Positions 20,201 to 28,984 of a DNA stretch of 64,000 nt are shown piece after piece (positions within the stretch are counted from its first letter, which is position 1; the number at the start of each line of letters is the position of its first letter). The position numbers and the translations under genes are program-made. Where the stretch lies: contig JACRGC010000016.1 of assembly GCA_016212475.1 (NCBI GenBank), positions 9,824 through 73,823 of the forward strand, given 5' to 3'. The notes under the pieces are model-generated. The model saw nothing but the letters and a program-made list of their open reading frames with translations. It searched no databases and was not told the origin of the DNA. This DNA comes from Candidatus Micrarchaeota archaeon. Lineage in GTDB: Archaea > Micrarchaeota > Micrarchaeia > Norongarragalinales > SBBD01.

Positions 20201-23200
20201 GACCAGCCAACCAACACCACATATTTTGCATCGGGCCTTTTTGAACGAACAATTGATGCGGGCTATCCAAATGCGCACTGGAAAATCAATTGGAATGCAA
20301 ACGAATTTTCAAATGCATCCCTGACTGTGCAAGCCGCTGTTTCTGGCGACAATTCGACATTCACAGCTTTTGAAAACCTGACAAACCCGCTTGGCACAAT
20401 CCTTAACCTAACTCCGGCTAGATACCTGAAATATAGGCTGGTTTTCAATTCAAACGGCTCTTCAAGCGCCTTCCTTAATGAAATCAATGCAACTGCCCTG
20501 TTTGGCATAAACGGCTCGGCTTCATTTGTTTTAACCAACCTGCAAACCGGAGCAACTGCAACCAAATCCTGCACTGCAATCAATGGCAATTGTTCCGTCC
20601 CATTCCTATTCCCTTCAGACCTCCCATCCGGCAATTACTCGGTAAATATTTCCGCTTCAAATTCAGCCGAAGGGTATGAATCCGCCTTTTTAATTTACAA
20701 TTCCACTTTTGAAGAATCCCTCTCAAATGCATCCGTATTTTCACCATCAAAAACCGTAACCAATTTCATTGCCGGATCAACATGGTATCTCCACAATGTA
20801 ACCGTTACGGCAAATTCCAACGGCTCGATTTTCAATGTTTCAATCAATTATACATCAAAGCCCGCCTCTTGGGAAATTGCAACGCTTAGCACTTCCTGTT
20901 CCGGCAAGCTTTTTCCCTCCCAAACATGCAATTCAACATTCAATGTCACGGTTGGATCCGATGCCACTCCAAATACCTATGTAATCACATGGAATGCCTC
21001 TTGGCTAACCAACAACAACACGAATTTTGGCAATTCCACTCCTTCAAATGTGGTTATCCAATCCTCCCCTGCAATTTCCGCTAACATTTCCGAAATAAAC
21101 GTTTCTTCAAACCTAAGCCAAAGCAATGTCACAATTGTGCGCATCTCAAACATTGGAAACGTCCAGCTCCAAAACGTTACCGCCTCATTCATCCCAACGA
21201 ATGCAAATTCAAGCTGGTTTTCATTCAATCCCCAAATCAGGACAACCCTTTCAGCTGGAAATAATTATGATTTAACCATAAACATTACAGTCCAATCCCC
21301 CTTCACAGCCGGAACTTACACTGGAAAAATAAACATAACCGCAGACGATGCAACAAATGGGGTAAATTCTACTTCAACATACATCAACGTGACAATTATT
21401 CTTGCTCCCCAAATTCTAGCCGCTCCCTTTGCAGTTACCGCAAACCAATCCCTTTCCTCCCCCCAAACATTCAATGCAACTATTTCAGCCCCCGGCAATT
21501 CGCCCCTGACAAATGTATCCGTTTCCATAATCAACTCAACAATTCCGCTGACCTGGATTGCCATTAATTCATCTTCAAGCAATTGGAACACCTCCACAAA
21601 TACATGGACGGTTATTTCCGAGGGCTCCGGCGCTGTTTTGCAGATAATTGTTTCCATCCTTGATTTCATTTCCGGAATCTTTTCTGCGCTGATCAAAATT
21701 ACCTCTAATGAAGGGGTCGCAACCTACGTAAATGTAACCGTAAATGTTTCTCCCTCCCTTGCTGCTCAAAATGTAATCAACCTGACTACAACCCATGGCC
21801 AAACAAACCAAACCTCCTTCCTGATCAACTCAACTGGCAATTCCAAGCTGGTAAACCTTACAATTTCCTTGATTGAAGGATCCCTACCAACCAGCTGGGT
21901 ATCATTTTCGCCCTCATTTGTTTCAAACATCACCGAAGGGCTCAACTATTCGATTTCAATGAATGTTTCAGTGCCATTTGGCCAGCCTCCTGGCAATTAC
22001 TCCGGCCAAATCAACATTTCCGGATATAATTCAAACAAAACAATTGGCATAACAATCGAAGTTCCAACCAACCGTTCCTGGTATTACCTTCCATATGGCA
22101 ACCAATTCACGCAATTTGGAATCAGTGAAGCCGGCCCCCTTGGAACCGTTACAATCAACAACACCGGAAATGTGAACCTCACATTTGATTTGGCCTATGC
22201 GGACTACGATGGCCGTGCAAGCTGCCTATCCCCCACAAATTTCTGCGGAGCTGGCATAGGTTCGCCTGCAAACCCTTCACTAATCAATGCCACCAAGAAT
22301 TCAACAACCTCGTTTACCATAAGGAAAACAATTTCCGGAAATGGGAACAATACGGATGGATACGCCCTCCAAATTACAATTGCCAACACTTCCGCTATCC
22401 CCTCAACAAATTCAACAATTTTCTTCTTCAACATAACCAATGCGTATCCCAAATTCCTCGAAAATATAATTTACCAAGGAACCATCAACACATCAATCAT
22501 TGAAATAGGCCAGCCTGCAAGATTCAATGTGATTGCAACCGATGATCAGATATTTGGATTAGATCCATCCACTGCAATTTACAACATCTCAAGGCCAAGC
22601 GGCCAAAATGAATCCTTCTTTGCTGTAAACCAAACCCTTGACAAGGATGTAGTGTGCGGCGGCAATTGCCAGGACGCCCAAAATTACACGTTGCAATACA
22701 ACGGAACCAATGTAACTGGCGTTTTCAATATTACTTTCCAAGTAAAGGATTATTTGAGCCAGCAGAACATGACCTCTTTGCAATTCCAAGTGGTTGCAAC
22801 AACCAACCTGACAATCAGCGGAAACAATTCGCAGGTTTTCAATGTTTCCAGCTCGCAAAATTCCCCCCTTCTGCTCAACGTTTCTATCAGGAACACCGGC
22901 CAAGTAAACGCCTACTCTATCAATTTCTCAGGAATGATCACAAGGCTTTCCAATTCGACAAACACGCTTGCAAATTGGAGCTTTAATCCAATTCCAGCAA
23001 TTGCCTTCCTGAATTCTTCAACCCAAAATCTAACTACTTTCAATATCTCAATTGCCCAAAAATCATACGGCACATATTATTTCACTCCCAATGCAACCTA
23101 CCGCCAGCCAAACGGGACAATTGAAGTTATTTGGGGCCCAAACCTAACAATTGAAGTTCCTGAAAACGCCAACTTTTCGCTAACCCCATCAAACCAATCG

Positions 23201-26200
23201 CTTGCAATACACCACAGCCTATTGCAATCCGAATGGTTTACCATAAACTCGAATGGCAATGCAAATCTCACAAATTACAACATCTCCTACTCCACCTTAT
23301 TTTCGAACTTCACTGTAAATTTCAGCCAAACAACAGGCTCTTTGAATGTTGGCGAATCTGCAAACATCACTTTCAACGTATCCGTTTCAACAGGGGCAGT
23401 TTCCGGCAACAGGAATTTTACCATCAATGTCACAACAAGCAGCTATTCCCGCACTTTCAACGTGAACCTAACCGTTCCCTTCAACAACACCTGGTCTATC
23501 AGCTCAAATACATTGGCAATTGAAGGAATAGCCTCAGATAACCAAGTCAATTCCCAAATCATCATCAACAATTCCGGAACCTCCGATGCCAATCTTAATT
23601 TCACTTTCAATCTGACGGGGAATATGACCCAATTCTCCAACCTTCTCAATTCATCAAATTACCTGAATTATTCCCAAGGCTTTGCAATCCCAATCAACTA
23701 TTCCGCCCCCGATGTGAACGCATATTACATAGGCGTTTTGAACATAACCGAATCAAACTCGAGCATTTCCAGATTGGTAAATATCACATTCAGGGCAGTA
23801 ACCGTCCAGCTTGTTGTCCAAAGCTTCTTTGCCCCTGCCCAAACAATTGCCGGGGATGCAATCAACACCTCCCTTCTGTTAATTTTCGGAGGGCAAAATT
23901 CAACTGTCAACTCCACTTGGAGCCTATATTTGGGAACGAATGCATGCGCATTAACCAGCAATTCAACAGTTGGAAATCTTACCTCCCTTGGATGCAATGC
24001 CCCAACAATTAGCGATGGCAGGTTTTACAATTTCACAATTTCCGTTAATTATTCAACCGGCAACACTTACCTGACAAAAAACACAACCAACAATTCGGCA
24101 ATTTTCTACCGCGATGTTTCAGCCCCAACGGTTTTGAATGAAATCACAAACGATACTTCGCAATATTCGAATATCACAATTATCCTTAACGCCTCCGACA
24201 ACGTCCAAGTGGCGAATACCACATTGCTCTTAACCTATCCCAACGGAACCTCTTCCAATTTCTCCCTTCCCTTCGATTCCACCTTGCAATATTTCAAAGC
24301 CCCCTTCAATTTCACAGGCCTTGGCCTTTACAACATCACTTTTGTTGTGAATGATACTTCGGGAAACAACAATGCATCGGTGAATGGATCGTTTGAAATT
24401 TACTCGACAAGATTTTTCAATGGGTCAATACTCAATCTGGAGGGCAATCCAATCAACACGACCTTCATAGTTGCAAATTCCACTGAAGGCAACCTTGAAG
24501 CATTCGCAACCAACGCCTCTGGCTATTACAACGTGACCCTTAGATCCAAATGGTATTTCCTATCCGCAAAGTTCCTCAATTTCAATTTCACGATTTCAAA
24601 AGTCGATTTCACAACCATCAACCAAAGCTTCATTTCAATTGACAATTTTTCCGGTTCCGACATAATTTCCCAAGTCAGCGGAGCCAAATCCGGCTTTGCC
24701 GTTATAATCGATGCGCCCAACAATGCAACAATTTCAGTTGACTATTCCTCCCTTCTTTCATCAATCACCGACGAATCCGCTCTTAGGATTTACCGATGCT
24801 CAAACTACACTTATGCGTCAAGGTCATGCGTTACTAGCTGGTCTGCGCTATCCGAATTTACAACCAATACGGTTCTGAACATAATCACTTCCAATGCAAC
24901 TTCCTTTGCAAACTCAACTAATGCGTACGCGCTTGTTCAAGTGCCAGCTTCAAGCACTCCCGCCCCAACACCAGCCCCTTCGGGCGGTGGCTCAAGCGGA
25001 GGTGGCGGAGGTGGTTTAGCTCCTGCAGCTACGCCAACCCCAACAGCCACTCCAAAAGCCGACAATGTTTCCGCGCAAATAGACGAGCTCAAAAAACTCC
25101 TTGAAAAGAACGAATCAAAACAAATCGGAGTCGAGCCCGGAGTCCAGAGCATAACAATTGAACTTTTGCCAGGAGAGGATTCGCAAACCCCCTTCCATCT
25201 GAAAAACAATTTGAATATCTCGTCAAACATTTCCATAACAATTGCCGGCACTGCAAAACAATTTGTGACTCCTAGCGTTTCTTCCATCAAATTAATTCGG
25301 CTTCATGAAACCGACATTTTGCTTTTTGCAAGCATTCCCGAAGGCACTCGCCCAAGCACCTACTATGGCGAGCTTCAACTTTCAAATGAAGTTGGGAAAG
25401 TTTCCATCCCCCTTGTTGTTCGCGTACTTGAAAAGCGGGAAAATCGGGCAATTGATCTTCGGCTCCAGCCCCTCGTTGAAAGCCTAGATCCCGGCGAAAC
25501 GCTTCGGGTCGAAGTCAATTTGTACAATTTGGCGGATCCAAAGGATTACAAGGGTGCATTCACGCTTGAACTGGTCGATCCCGTAACCGATACAATTATT
25601 GTCCAAAATCCTCCCGAAGAAATAACTTTCCAAACCACACTAAATAGCATAAAACCGCTCAAAATACCTCGTGATACCCGCACAGGCAGATTCGTAGTAC
25701 GGGGAATTTACGAGTACAATTTGGGATCTGGCAAGCGCGAAATTTCAGCTGTTGCCTACGTTCGCATCCAAACCTCCATTTGGAGCAGCAAGCTTTTTGG
25801 CACATTATCGCTTTGGCAATTATTCCCAATTCTGATAGTTCTAGCCGCCAGTGCAATCACCTACTACCGCCAATACTCCTACCAAAAGAGCAAGCGCAGG
25901 TACGTATCAAAAACCGATTTCACAAAATTGCCAGAACCCGGCTCAAGATCCGGATACCTTGGCCTAATTGCAGAAACAAAAGTGCGCGCATTCGTCCCAA
26001 TTGACAAGCTCCAAACCCACACCCTGATTGCAGGCGCAACGGGCTCTGGAAAAACCGTTGCAGCGCAGGTAATTGTTGAAGAAGCGCTCCAAAAGAACAC
26101 CTCTGTTTTGGTGTTCGACCCAACTGCCCAATGGACCGGATTTTTGCGATCTCAAAAGAATAGGGACATGCTAGCAACCTACAAGCGTTTTGGCATGAAT

Positions 26201-27064
26201 GCCGATGAAGCAAAAGCTTTCAAGGGAAATATTTTTGTTGTTCGGGATCCAAACATGCCCCTTGACATCAAAAAATACATGAAACCTGGCGAAATCACGA
26301 TTTTTGTCATGAACAAGCTTTCCCTTTCAGATCACGAAACATTCATTTCAAATACAGTAAAGCAAGTATTTGCAACCGGACTCCCAGAATCCCCCGAGCT
26401 AAAAATGCTCCTGGTTTATGATGAAGTCCACCGCCTGCTTCCAAAATTCGGTGGCAAAGGAGAAGGTTTTGTGCAAATAGAGCGGGGCGCGCGTGAATTC
26501 AGGAAATGGGGGGTTGGAATGGTCCTAATTTCGCAGGTGCTTTCGGATTTCATAGGCGAAATCAAGGCAAACATTGGAACCGAGCTCCAGCTTAGGACAA
26601 AATACGAAGGCGATTTGGAGCGCTTGAAATTGAAATACGGAGAGGATGCTGCGCGCTCAATAGTTAAGGAAAGCATCGGCTCTGGAATGGTCCAAAACTC
26701 CGAATACAACAACGGCCAGCCATACTTTGTATCCTTTAGGCCCTTGCTCCACAATGTTGTTAGGCTTTCGGATGCCGAGCTATCCTCATATGAAACCTAC
26801 AATGAAAAGCTCGAAAAGCTCGACTTTGAAATGGAGCAGCTTCGGCAATCCGGGTCCGATGTTTTGGATTTGGAGCTCGAAATCAACCTTGCCAGGGATA
26901 AGATTAAGAAGGGCTCGTTCAATATAGTTGAAATATACCTCGAATCCTTGCAAAGCAAAATAGAGGGCATGAAAAAAGCCGTCCAAAAGAAGGCAATGGA
27001 AACGGATTTGGAGGAAATTGGGATGGGCAGTGGGAAATTGAAGGATGGGAAGGAAGATAAATGA
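14276..27064 (+). CDS. Giant surface protein (~4260 aa) with a C-terminal TM helix and a cytoplasmic HerA/DUF87-like ATPase domain
   Basis: One uninterrupted ORF. The ATG at 14276 gives a signal-like start, MRGRVLLLAPFVLAVLLLLSISS. The ectodomain has beta-helix-like and Ig/CARDB-like repeats. TM helix at 25811-25867. Walker A GATGSGKT and Walker B LLVYDEVH, then REFRKWGVGMVLISQ. Confidence 0.9.
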   Translation: MRGRVLLLAPFVLAVLLLLSISSTISGDDLNQTLDSNSTNSSIGNATIVPTFSPTPSVSSTLEPTPSPSPAPIPAITPLPTPSPTIDISPSPTFSPTPTQISAPTPTIDASPSPTFSPTPIVSIIPSIAPTPAISPSPAATISPTPTKGQNNLANSEFGSGIFLPMSGDPGPSPPSPNSACDVVTADTTLIQNIAASYTCYNITGNSLTFDCAGYNITGNGSGYAFNISYKNNIVIKNCIISNFSRAISAENAINLAFINITIYNVTDYGIFVNASANTNISSVSISESRPAAIAIAGANLTGIYLLNVSNGNFSDITIQKLFAGNTSVTSQPGGSVVGISYQVSQNSNFTNIYIRNLIPGRGITTQTAAAFGHSGNATGIFGSNFNSTIFQNISIHNLLGSQGSRGRNSGTGGDGSESSNVIGFYATNGVNSTISNLTISNLSSGVGGNGGTGSSAAGGAGGNAGFVFGIYFQNSFNNSIKSTTILNLTGEFGGNAGAGATIGGNGGIGGQVFSIGIRQLSYNISINGIDIRFVQGGTGGSFGSGTPDGSGGFGGNSSFLYISNSNATTFENAYANSSIGGDMGTSAGAVLVHGGIGSGIYFHLANYTNINNASLYNISSGTTDVFGMLRTSGLFFAASSFNKITNSTIKIIDHHLDAFDPLTDYSIYSEGGSINNNLLNSSFNRSNIGFFDAAGINNLTISWFATVNVTNGSGQVGSANVRIYNQTSSAIPMLFATTDSNGHVNAEIAEMTIFGYISSASSCKAHVNNTCFTNHTISVNNSVYAFGTSIAVLNYSKTIPIFLCSSLQSSTTLQNNVSFNDVCFTLNASNIVLDCANNAIIGNRSGFSIGVYANSKSNVTIKNCYISNFSSGIMANYTSRSVFLNNTIIDTAIVKNQGATAFGIYFNNSDYNNLTSNFVTNLNATAISSLGYPNCNTSTVNSFRFENSSHNFATNINGSLSKARGYSSSEGSCALSSTGIGVHVIYSINNSISYGKFSGNNYLGAYLISTNSTIISHSEFMGNPTAGFSAEDSINTIINNGTFMNNNFVGVQLTDLANFNISILNSNFTFDKASITSPNTTLDNNLFSFGDPAIKLDSGSNGFWISRNTIQHSVITSTNFGSLYIKAGNYGHIIDNLIYNTTNTSNIEVGAVYSEGDFNNYTGNNITNSSVYGFYFRGATNNLIASGVISQTAKNDSHFPILSSNNVFLNMSFNRSKITAAGGSNLTIRWYLTLNITNSSGGPIPAASVNITNNSFGPMYAISTNADSTGYLRNQIITEYIVNGSHGYDAMCLNQNTVNCYNPHTFLIQNRSFNDNQTSFNITSSSTLQIILYPDSTFPSNITLVSPTPLNGSGQTVNWFIVNFTFNETYPQTCWVSLTNTSNHNLTMAMDGNSCYLNVTGQSDGSWNYTVFVNDSVGNTASNGTFFIAFDSNVPTNIQTVFPTLNNATYTSQNWVIVNTTFTELNPNNCILQWGNGTFQNLSMARSGNSCYLNVTGQTQGVHNYTIIVNDTAGNFAQNGTFYITIDLTAPSTIEIVSPTLSNASYTIHNWVYFNATFTETNPNNCILQYSNGSLANYSMTRSNNNCYLNLTGQPNGAHNYTIIVNDSAGNLAQNGTFFITLDSTPPSAIQTVFPTLNNATYTSQNWVFINSTFTELNPNNCILQWGNGTFQNLSMQRSANTCFLNITTQPEGIHNYTIIVNDSAGNFAQNGTFYITIDLTAPSTIETVSPTLSNSSVTIQNWVFINASFTETNPNNCILQYSNGSLANYSMARSGNNCYANLTNQPQGAHNYTIIVNDTSGNLAQNGTFFITIDQTAPSQITLVPPSPSNNSRIYNGSATINATFTEANPNNCLLQYSNGSLANYSMARSGNSCYFDLTNQPNGNWNYTIIVNDSVGNLAQNGTFFISFWINTSLNYLQSNQSYDNNGKVNITAIFSRNDRLNLTIDTTLANFILGNGTNITINANNISLNFTDQPTNTTYFASGLFERTIDAGYPNAHWKINWNANEFSNASLTVQAAVSGDNSTFTAFENLTNPLGTILNLTPARYLKYRLVFNSNGSSSAFLNEINATALFGINGSASFVLTNLQTGATATKSCTAINGNCSVPFLFPSDLPSGNYSVNISASNSAEGYESAFLIYNSTFEESLSNASVFSPSKTVTNFIAGSTWYLHNVTVTANSNGSIFNVSINYTSKPASWEIATLSTSCSGKLFPSQTCNSTFNVTVGSDATPNTYVITWNASWLTNNNTNFGNSTPSNVVIQSSPAISANISEINVSSNLSQSNVTIVRISNIGNVQLQNVTASFIPTNANSSWFSFNPQIRTTLSAGNNYDLTINITVQSPFTAGTYTGKINITADDATNGVNSTSTYINVTIILAPQILAAPFAVTANQSLSSPQTFNATISAPGNSPLTNVSVSIINSTIPLTWIAINSSSSNWNTSTNTWTVISEGSGAVLQIIVSILDFISGIFSALIKITSNEGVATYVNVTVNVSPSLAAQNVINLTTTHGQTNQTSFLINSTGNSKLVNLTISLIEGSLPTSWVSFSPSFVSNITEGLNYSISMNVSVPFGQPPGNYSGQINISGYNSNKTIGITIEVPTNRSWYYLPYGNQFTQFGISEAGPLGTVTINNTGNVNLTFDLAYADYDGRASCLSPTNFCGAGIGSPANPSLINATKNSTTSFTIRKTISGNGNNTDGYALQITIANTSAIPSTNSTIFFFNITNAYPKFLENIIYQGTINTSIIEIGQPARFNVIATDDQIFGLDPSTAIYNISRPSGQNESFFAVNQTLDKDVVCGGNCQDAQNYTLQYNGTNVTGVFNITFQVKDYLSQQNMTSLQFQVVATTNLTISGNNSQVFNVSSSQNSPLLLNVSIRNTGQVNAYSINFSGMITRLSNSTNTLANWSFNPIPAIAFLNSSTQNLTTFNISIAQKSYGTYYFTPNATYRQPNGTIEVIWGPNLTIEVPENANFSLTPSNQSLAIHHSLLQSEWFTINSNGNANLTNYNISYSTLFSNFTVNFSQTTGSLNVGESANITFNVSVSTGAVSGNRNFTINVTTSSYSRTFNVNLTVPFNNTWSISSNTLAIEGIASDNQVNSQIIINNSGTSDANLNFTFNLTGNMTQFSNLLNSSNYLNYSQGFAIPINYSAPDVNAYYIGVLNITESNSSISRLVNITFRAVTVQLVVQSFFAPAQTIAGDAINTSLLLIFGGQNSTVNSTWSLYLGTNACALTSNSTVGNLTSLGCNAPTISDGRFYNFTISVNYSTGNTYLTKNTTNNSAIFYRDVSAPTVLNEITNDTSQYSNITIILNASDNVQVANTTLLLTYPNGTSSNFSLPFDSTLQYFKAPFNFTGLGLYNITFVVNDTSGNNNASVNGSFEIYSTRFFNGSILNLEGNPINTTFIVANSTEGNLEAFATNASGYYNVTLRSKWYFLSAKFLNFNFTISKVDFTTINQSFISIDNFSGSDIISQVSGAKSGFAVIIDAPNNATISVDYSSLLSSITDESALRIYRCSNYTYASRSCVTSWSALSEFTTNTVLNIITSNATSFANSTNAYALVQVPASSTPAPTPAPSGGGSSGGGGGGLAPAATPTPTATPKADNVSAQIDELKKLLEKNESKQIGVEPGVQSITIELLPGEDSQTPFHLKNNLNISSNISITIAGTAKQFVTPSVSSIKLIRLHETDILLFASIPEGTRPSTYYGELQLSNEVGKVSIPLVVRVLEKRENRAIDLRLQPLVESLDPGETLRVEVNLYNLADPKDYKGAFTLELVDPVTDTIIVQNPPEEITFQTTLNSIKPLKIPRDTRTGRFVVRGIYEYNLGSGKREISAVAYVRIQTSIWSSKLFGTLSLWQLFPILIVLAASAITYYRQYSYQKSKRRYVSKTDFTKLPEPGSRSGYLGLIAETKVRAFVPIDKLQTHTLIAGATGSGKTVAAQVIVEEALQKNTSVLVFDPTAQWTGFLRSQKNRDMLATYKRFGMNADEAKAFKGNIFVVRDPNMPLDIKKYMKPGEITIFVMNKLSLSDHETFISNTVKQVFATGLPESPELKMLLVYDEVHRLLPKFGGKGEGFVQIERGAREFRKWGVGMVLISQVLSDFIGEIKANIGTELQLRTKYEGDLERLKLKYGEDAARSIVKESIGSGMVQNSEYNNGQPYFVSFRPLLHNVVRLSDAELSSYETYNEKLEKLDFEMEQLRQSGSDVLDLELEINLARDKIKKGSFNIVEIYLESLQSKIEGMKKAVQKKAMETDLEEIGMGSGKLKDGKEDK
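14423..14716 (+). repeat. Pro/Thr/Ser-rich low-complexity linker with an internal ~72-nt direct repeat
   Basis: PTPSPTIDISPSPTFSPTP is followed by APTPTIDASPSPTFSPTP. Confidence 0.8.
15476..16085 (+). repeat. Gly-rich periodic segment (~45-aa period) inside the beta-helix-like region
   Basis: Recurrent NxS-I-xNL-xG-xGGNGGxG...GGxGG...G(I/F)YF blocks, read from the translation. Confidence 0.5.
18293..20020 (+). repeat. Six tandem 288-nt (96-aa) domain repeats with a 576-nt higher-order duplication
   Basis: Unit starts are 18293, 18581, 18869, 19157, 19445 and 19733, all in frame. Long identical runs sit 576 nt apart, for example at 18593/19169 and 18860/19436. Confidence 0.9.
25955..26760 (+). 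other. HerA/DUF87-like P-loop ATPase domain of the giant protein (cytoplasmic side)
   Basis: THTLIAGATGSGKTVAAQVIVEEAL...VLVFDPTAQW (Walker A at 26033-26056). MLLVYDEVHRLLP (Walker B at 26408-26431). GAREFRKWGVGMVLISQVLSDF. Confidence 0.75.
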
Positions 27065-27084
27065 TTTTTGATTAGTGGTAATTG

Positions 27085-28833
27085 ATGAAAGTATTCGATA
27101 AGATGCTAAAAAAAGAACTAACCGAAGAAGAGCTCCAGGCAAAGGAGGATTCGATGATGAAATCCTCGGAGGAAAAATACGAGGAAGATCAGGTTCTTTC
27201 TGAAAATGCTTCCCCAAAAAAATCTTCCTCTCCAAGCACTTCCGATCGGGCGTACGTCCAGCTTGAAAAGGATGTGGAACTTTTGAAAATCCAGCTTGAG
27301 CTGATAAAGCAGCAAAAAACCGTTTCGGATGAGAAATTTTCCCATTTTTCCGAGCAGATTGGGGAAATACGCGCAACCGTATTGGATTCCGAGCGCGACG
27401 GCGCAACAATCAAGATGCAGGCTGAAAAATCAATCGAACTAATCCAGATGGTCCAGCCCGAAAAAGTGATGCAAAACATCAAAAAGCTCGAGCTGAAGGT
27501 CGAGGAGGCAAAAGCAGTCGAGGAAAAATTCTCTGCAATGCAGCAAAAACTTATCGATGAGCTAAAAGAGCTTCGGCAGCGAACCGATGCAATCCGCGGC
27601 TCTGAAACCATCCTCAAATTGAACGAGCAGGTAAAAGAGGAGCTTTCATCCGCCCTTTCCGTCCAGGCCAAAATGGAAGCAAAAGCCGACAAGGTCGAGG
27701 CAATGTTTGCGGATTTCCAGCAGCACTACTATGAATACCAAAAAGTTTTCGATCGCATGAAGGAGCTAAACCTAAGCTTCAATGACATTTCAAAGGATTT
27801 CAACGTATTCAAGGTAAAAGTTGAAAGCTCCGCTTCCAAGTCCGATTTTGTCAAGCTAAAGGAGGAAATCAAGGGCTATGGCAACGAACTTGACTTGAAA
27901 TTGGTCGAGCTAGAAAAAGCCGGCGCAAAAACCGCAATGATCCGCGATGATTTGATGAAGGACCTGAACGATGAGATGGATTCCGTGAAAAAGGAAATAC
28001 TCCAAAAAGTTTCCGATGTTTCGGATGCAAAGCAAAAAATCGATTCCATGAAATCCGACCTCCAAAAATCCCTCCAATCCGAAAATGCAATTCTTAGGAA
28101 AGATGTAGACTCCAAAATCAATTCGGTTCAAAATGATGCCAATTCCCGCCTCTTGAATCTTGAAAAAGATGTGGACGAACGGATTTCCAAAATAGAGGCC
28201 ATTTCTGAATCCTTGCCAAAGCTTTCAAAAACAGTTGCCGGCCTCGAGGAAGATTCAACCGAACTTGCCGAACTTAAGGCGTTTTTTGAAAAATCATCAA
28301 AAGATCTTTCATCCCTAAAAGAAACCGTAAGGCAAATCGAAAGCTCCCTTAGCAAATTCGAAAAAATTGCAGACCAGCTTGAAACCCTAACTTCAGAATC
28401 AAAAGATGCAAAAGGAATCCGTTTTGAATTGGAAAAACGCCTAAAATCCGTCGAGGCAAAATCCGAGGAGCTGGTAAACAAGGCAAATAGGAAACTTGAC
28501 TCGGTTGTTTCCGACACCCAAGACAATACAACCGTGCTTCGCGACCTCCTAAAGGACCTATATTCGCTCAAAACCCATTCGGCCAATTCCATAACCAAAA
28601 ATGATCTTAATGCGACCCAAAAATCCATCAATGAAAAGCTGATTGCATTTGACATGATGCTAATAAAACTAGAGCATCGGATTACGGATGCGGATTCCAC
28701 AATGCGCGCAGTCCAAAAGGAATTTTCAACGGAATTGAAGGAATACAAAAAGGAAAACGATTCCAAAATCAGGGAACTTGAAAAATCCAAAAAATTCCAA
28801 GATTCCAAAGCGGAAAGCACGGACATAAAATAG
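27085..28833 (+). CDS. Long coiled-coil protein, likely co-transcribed with the giant gene
   Basis: 582 aa. Rich in K, E, L, S and D with heptad-like periodicity throughout and no TM helix. The ATG lies 20 nt after the giant gene stop codon. Confidence 0.7.
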   Translation: MKVFDKMLKKELTEEELQAKEDSMMKSSEEKYEEDQVLSENASPKKSSSPSTSDRAYVQLEKDVELLKIQLELIKQQKTVSDEKFSHFSEQIGEIRATVLDSERDGATIKMQAEKSIELIQMVQPEKVMQNIKKLELKVEEAKAVEEKFSAMQQKLIDELKELRQRTDAIRGSETILKLNEQVKEELSSALSVQAKMEAKADKVEAMFADFQQHYYEYQKVFDRMKELNLSFNDISKDFNVFKVKVESSASKSDFVKLKEEIKGYGNELDLKLVELEKAGAKTAMIRDDLMKDLNDEMDSVKKEILQKVSDVSDAKQKIDSMKSDLQKSLQSENAILRKDVDSKINSVQNDANSRLLNLEKDVDERISKIEAISESLPKLSKTVAGLEEDSTELAELKAFFEKSSKDLSSLKETVRQIESSLSKFEKIADQLETLTSESKDAKGIRFELEKRLKSVEAKSEELVNKANRKLDSVVSDTQDNTTVLRDLLKDLYSLKTHSANSITKNDLNATQKSINEKLIAFDMMLIKLEHRITDADSTMRAVQKEFSTELKEYKKENDSKIRELEKSKKFQDSKAESTDIK

Positions 28834-28984
28834 CACCCAATCCCAAGCATTCCAATACTATGCGATCCAAGATTCAAACCCCCCCAAAAAGCCCATTCCC
28901 TAATCAAATCCTTAAATTCAACTTTCCCAAAGCATCCCAAGCAATTTTTAACCAATTCTTCCATATAGTTTGCGTGGGTTTTAG

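Noticed and set aside
26786-27409. 207-aa minus-strand ORF spanning the junction of the giant gene and the coiled-coil gene.
   Set aside because: It is antisense to two well-supported genes and its composition is low-complexity.
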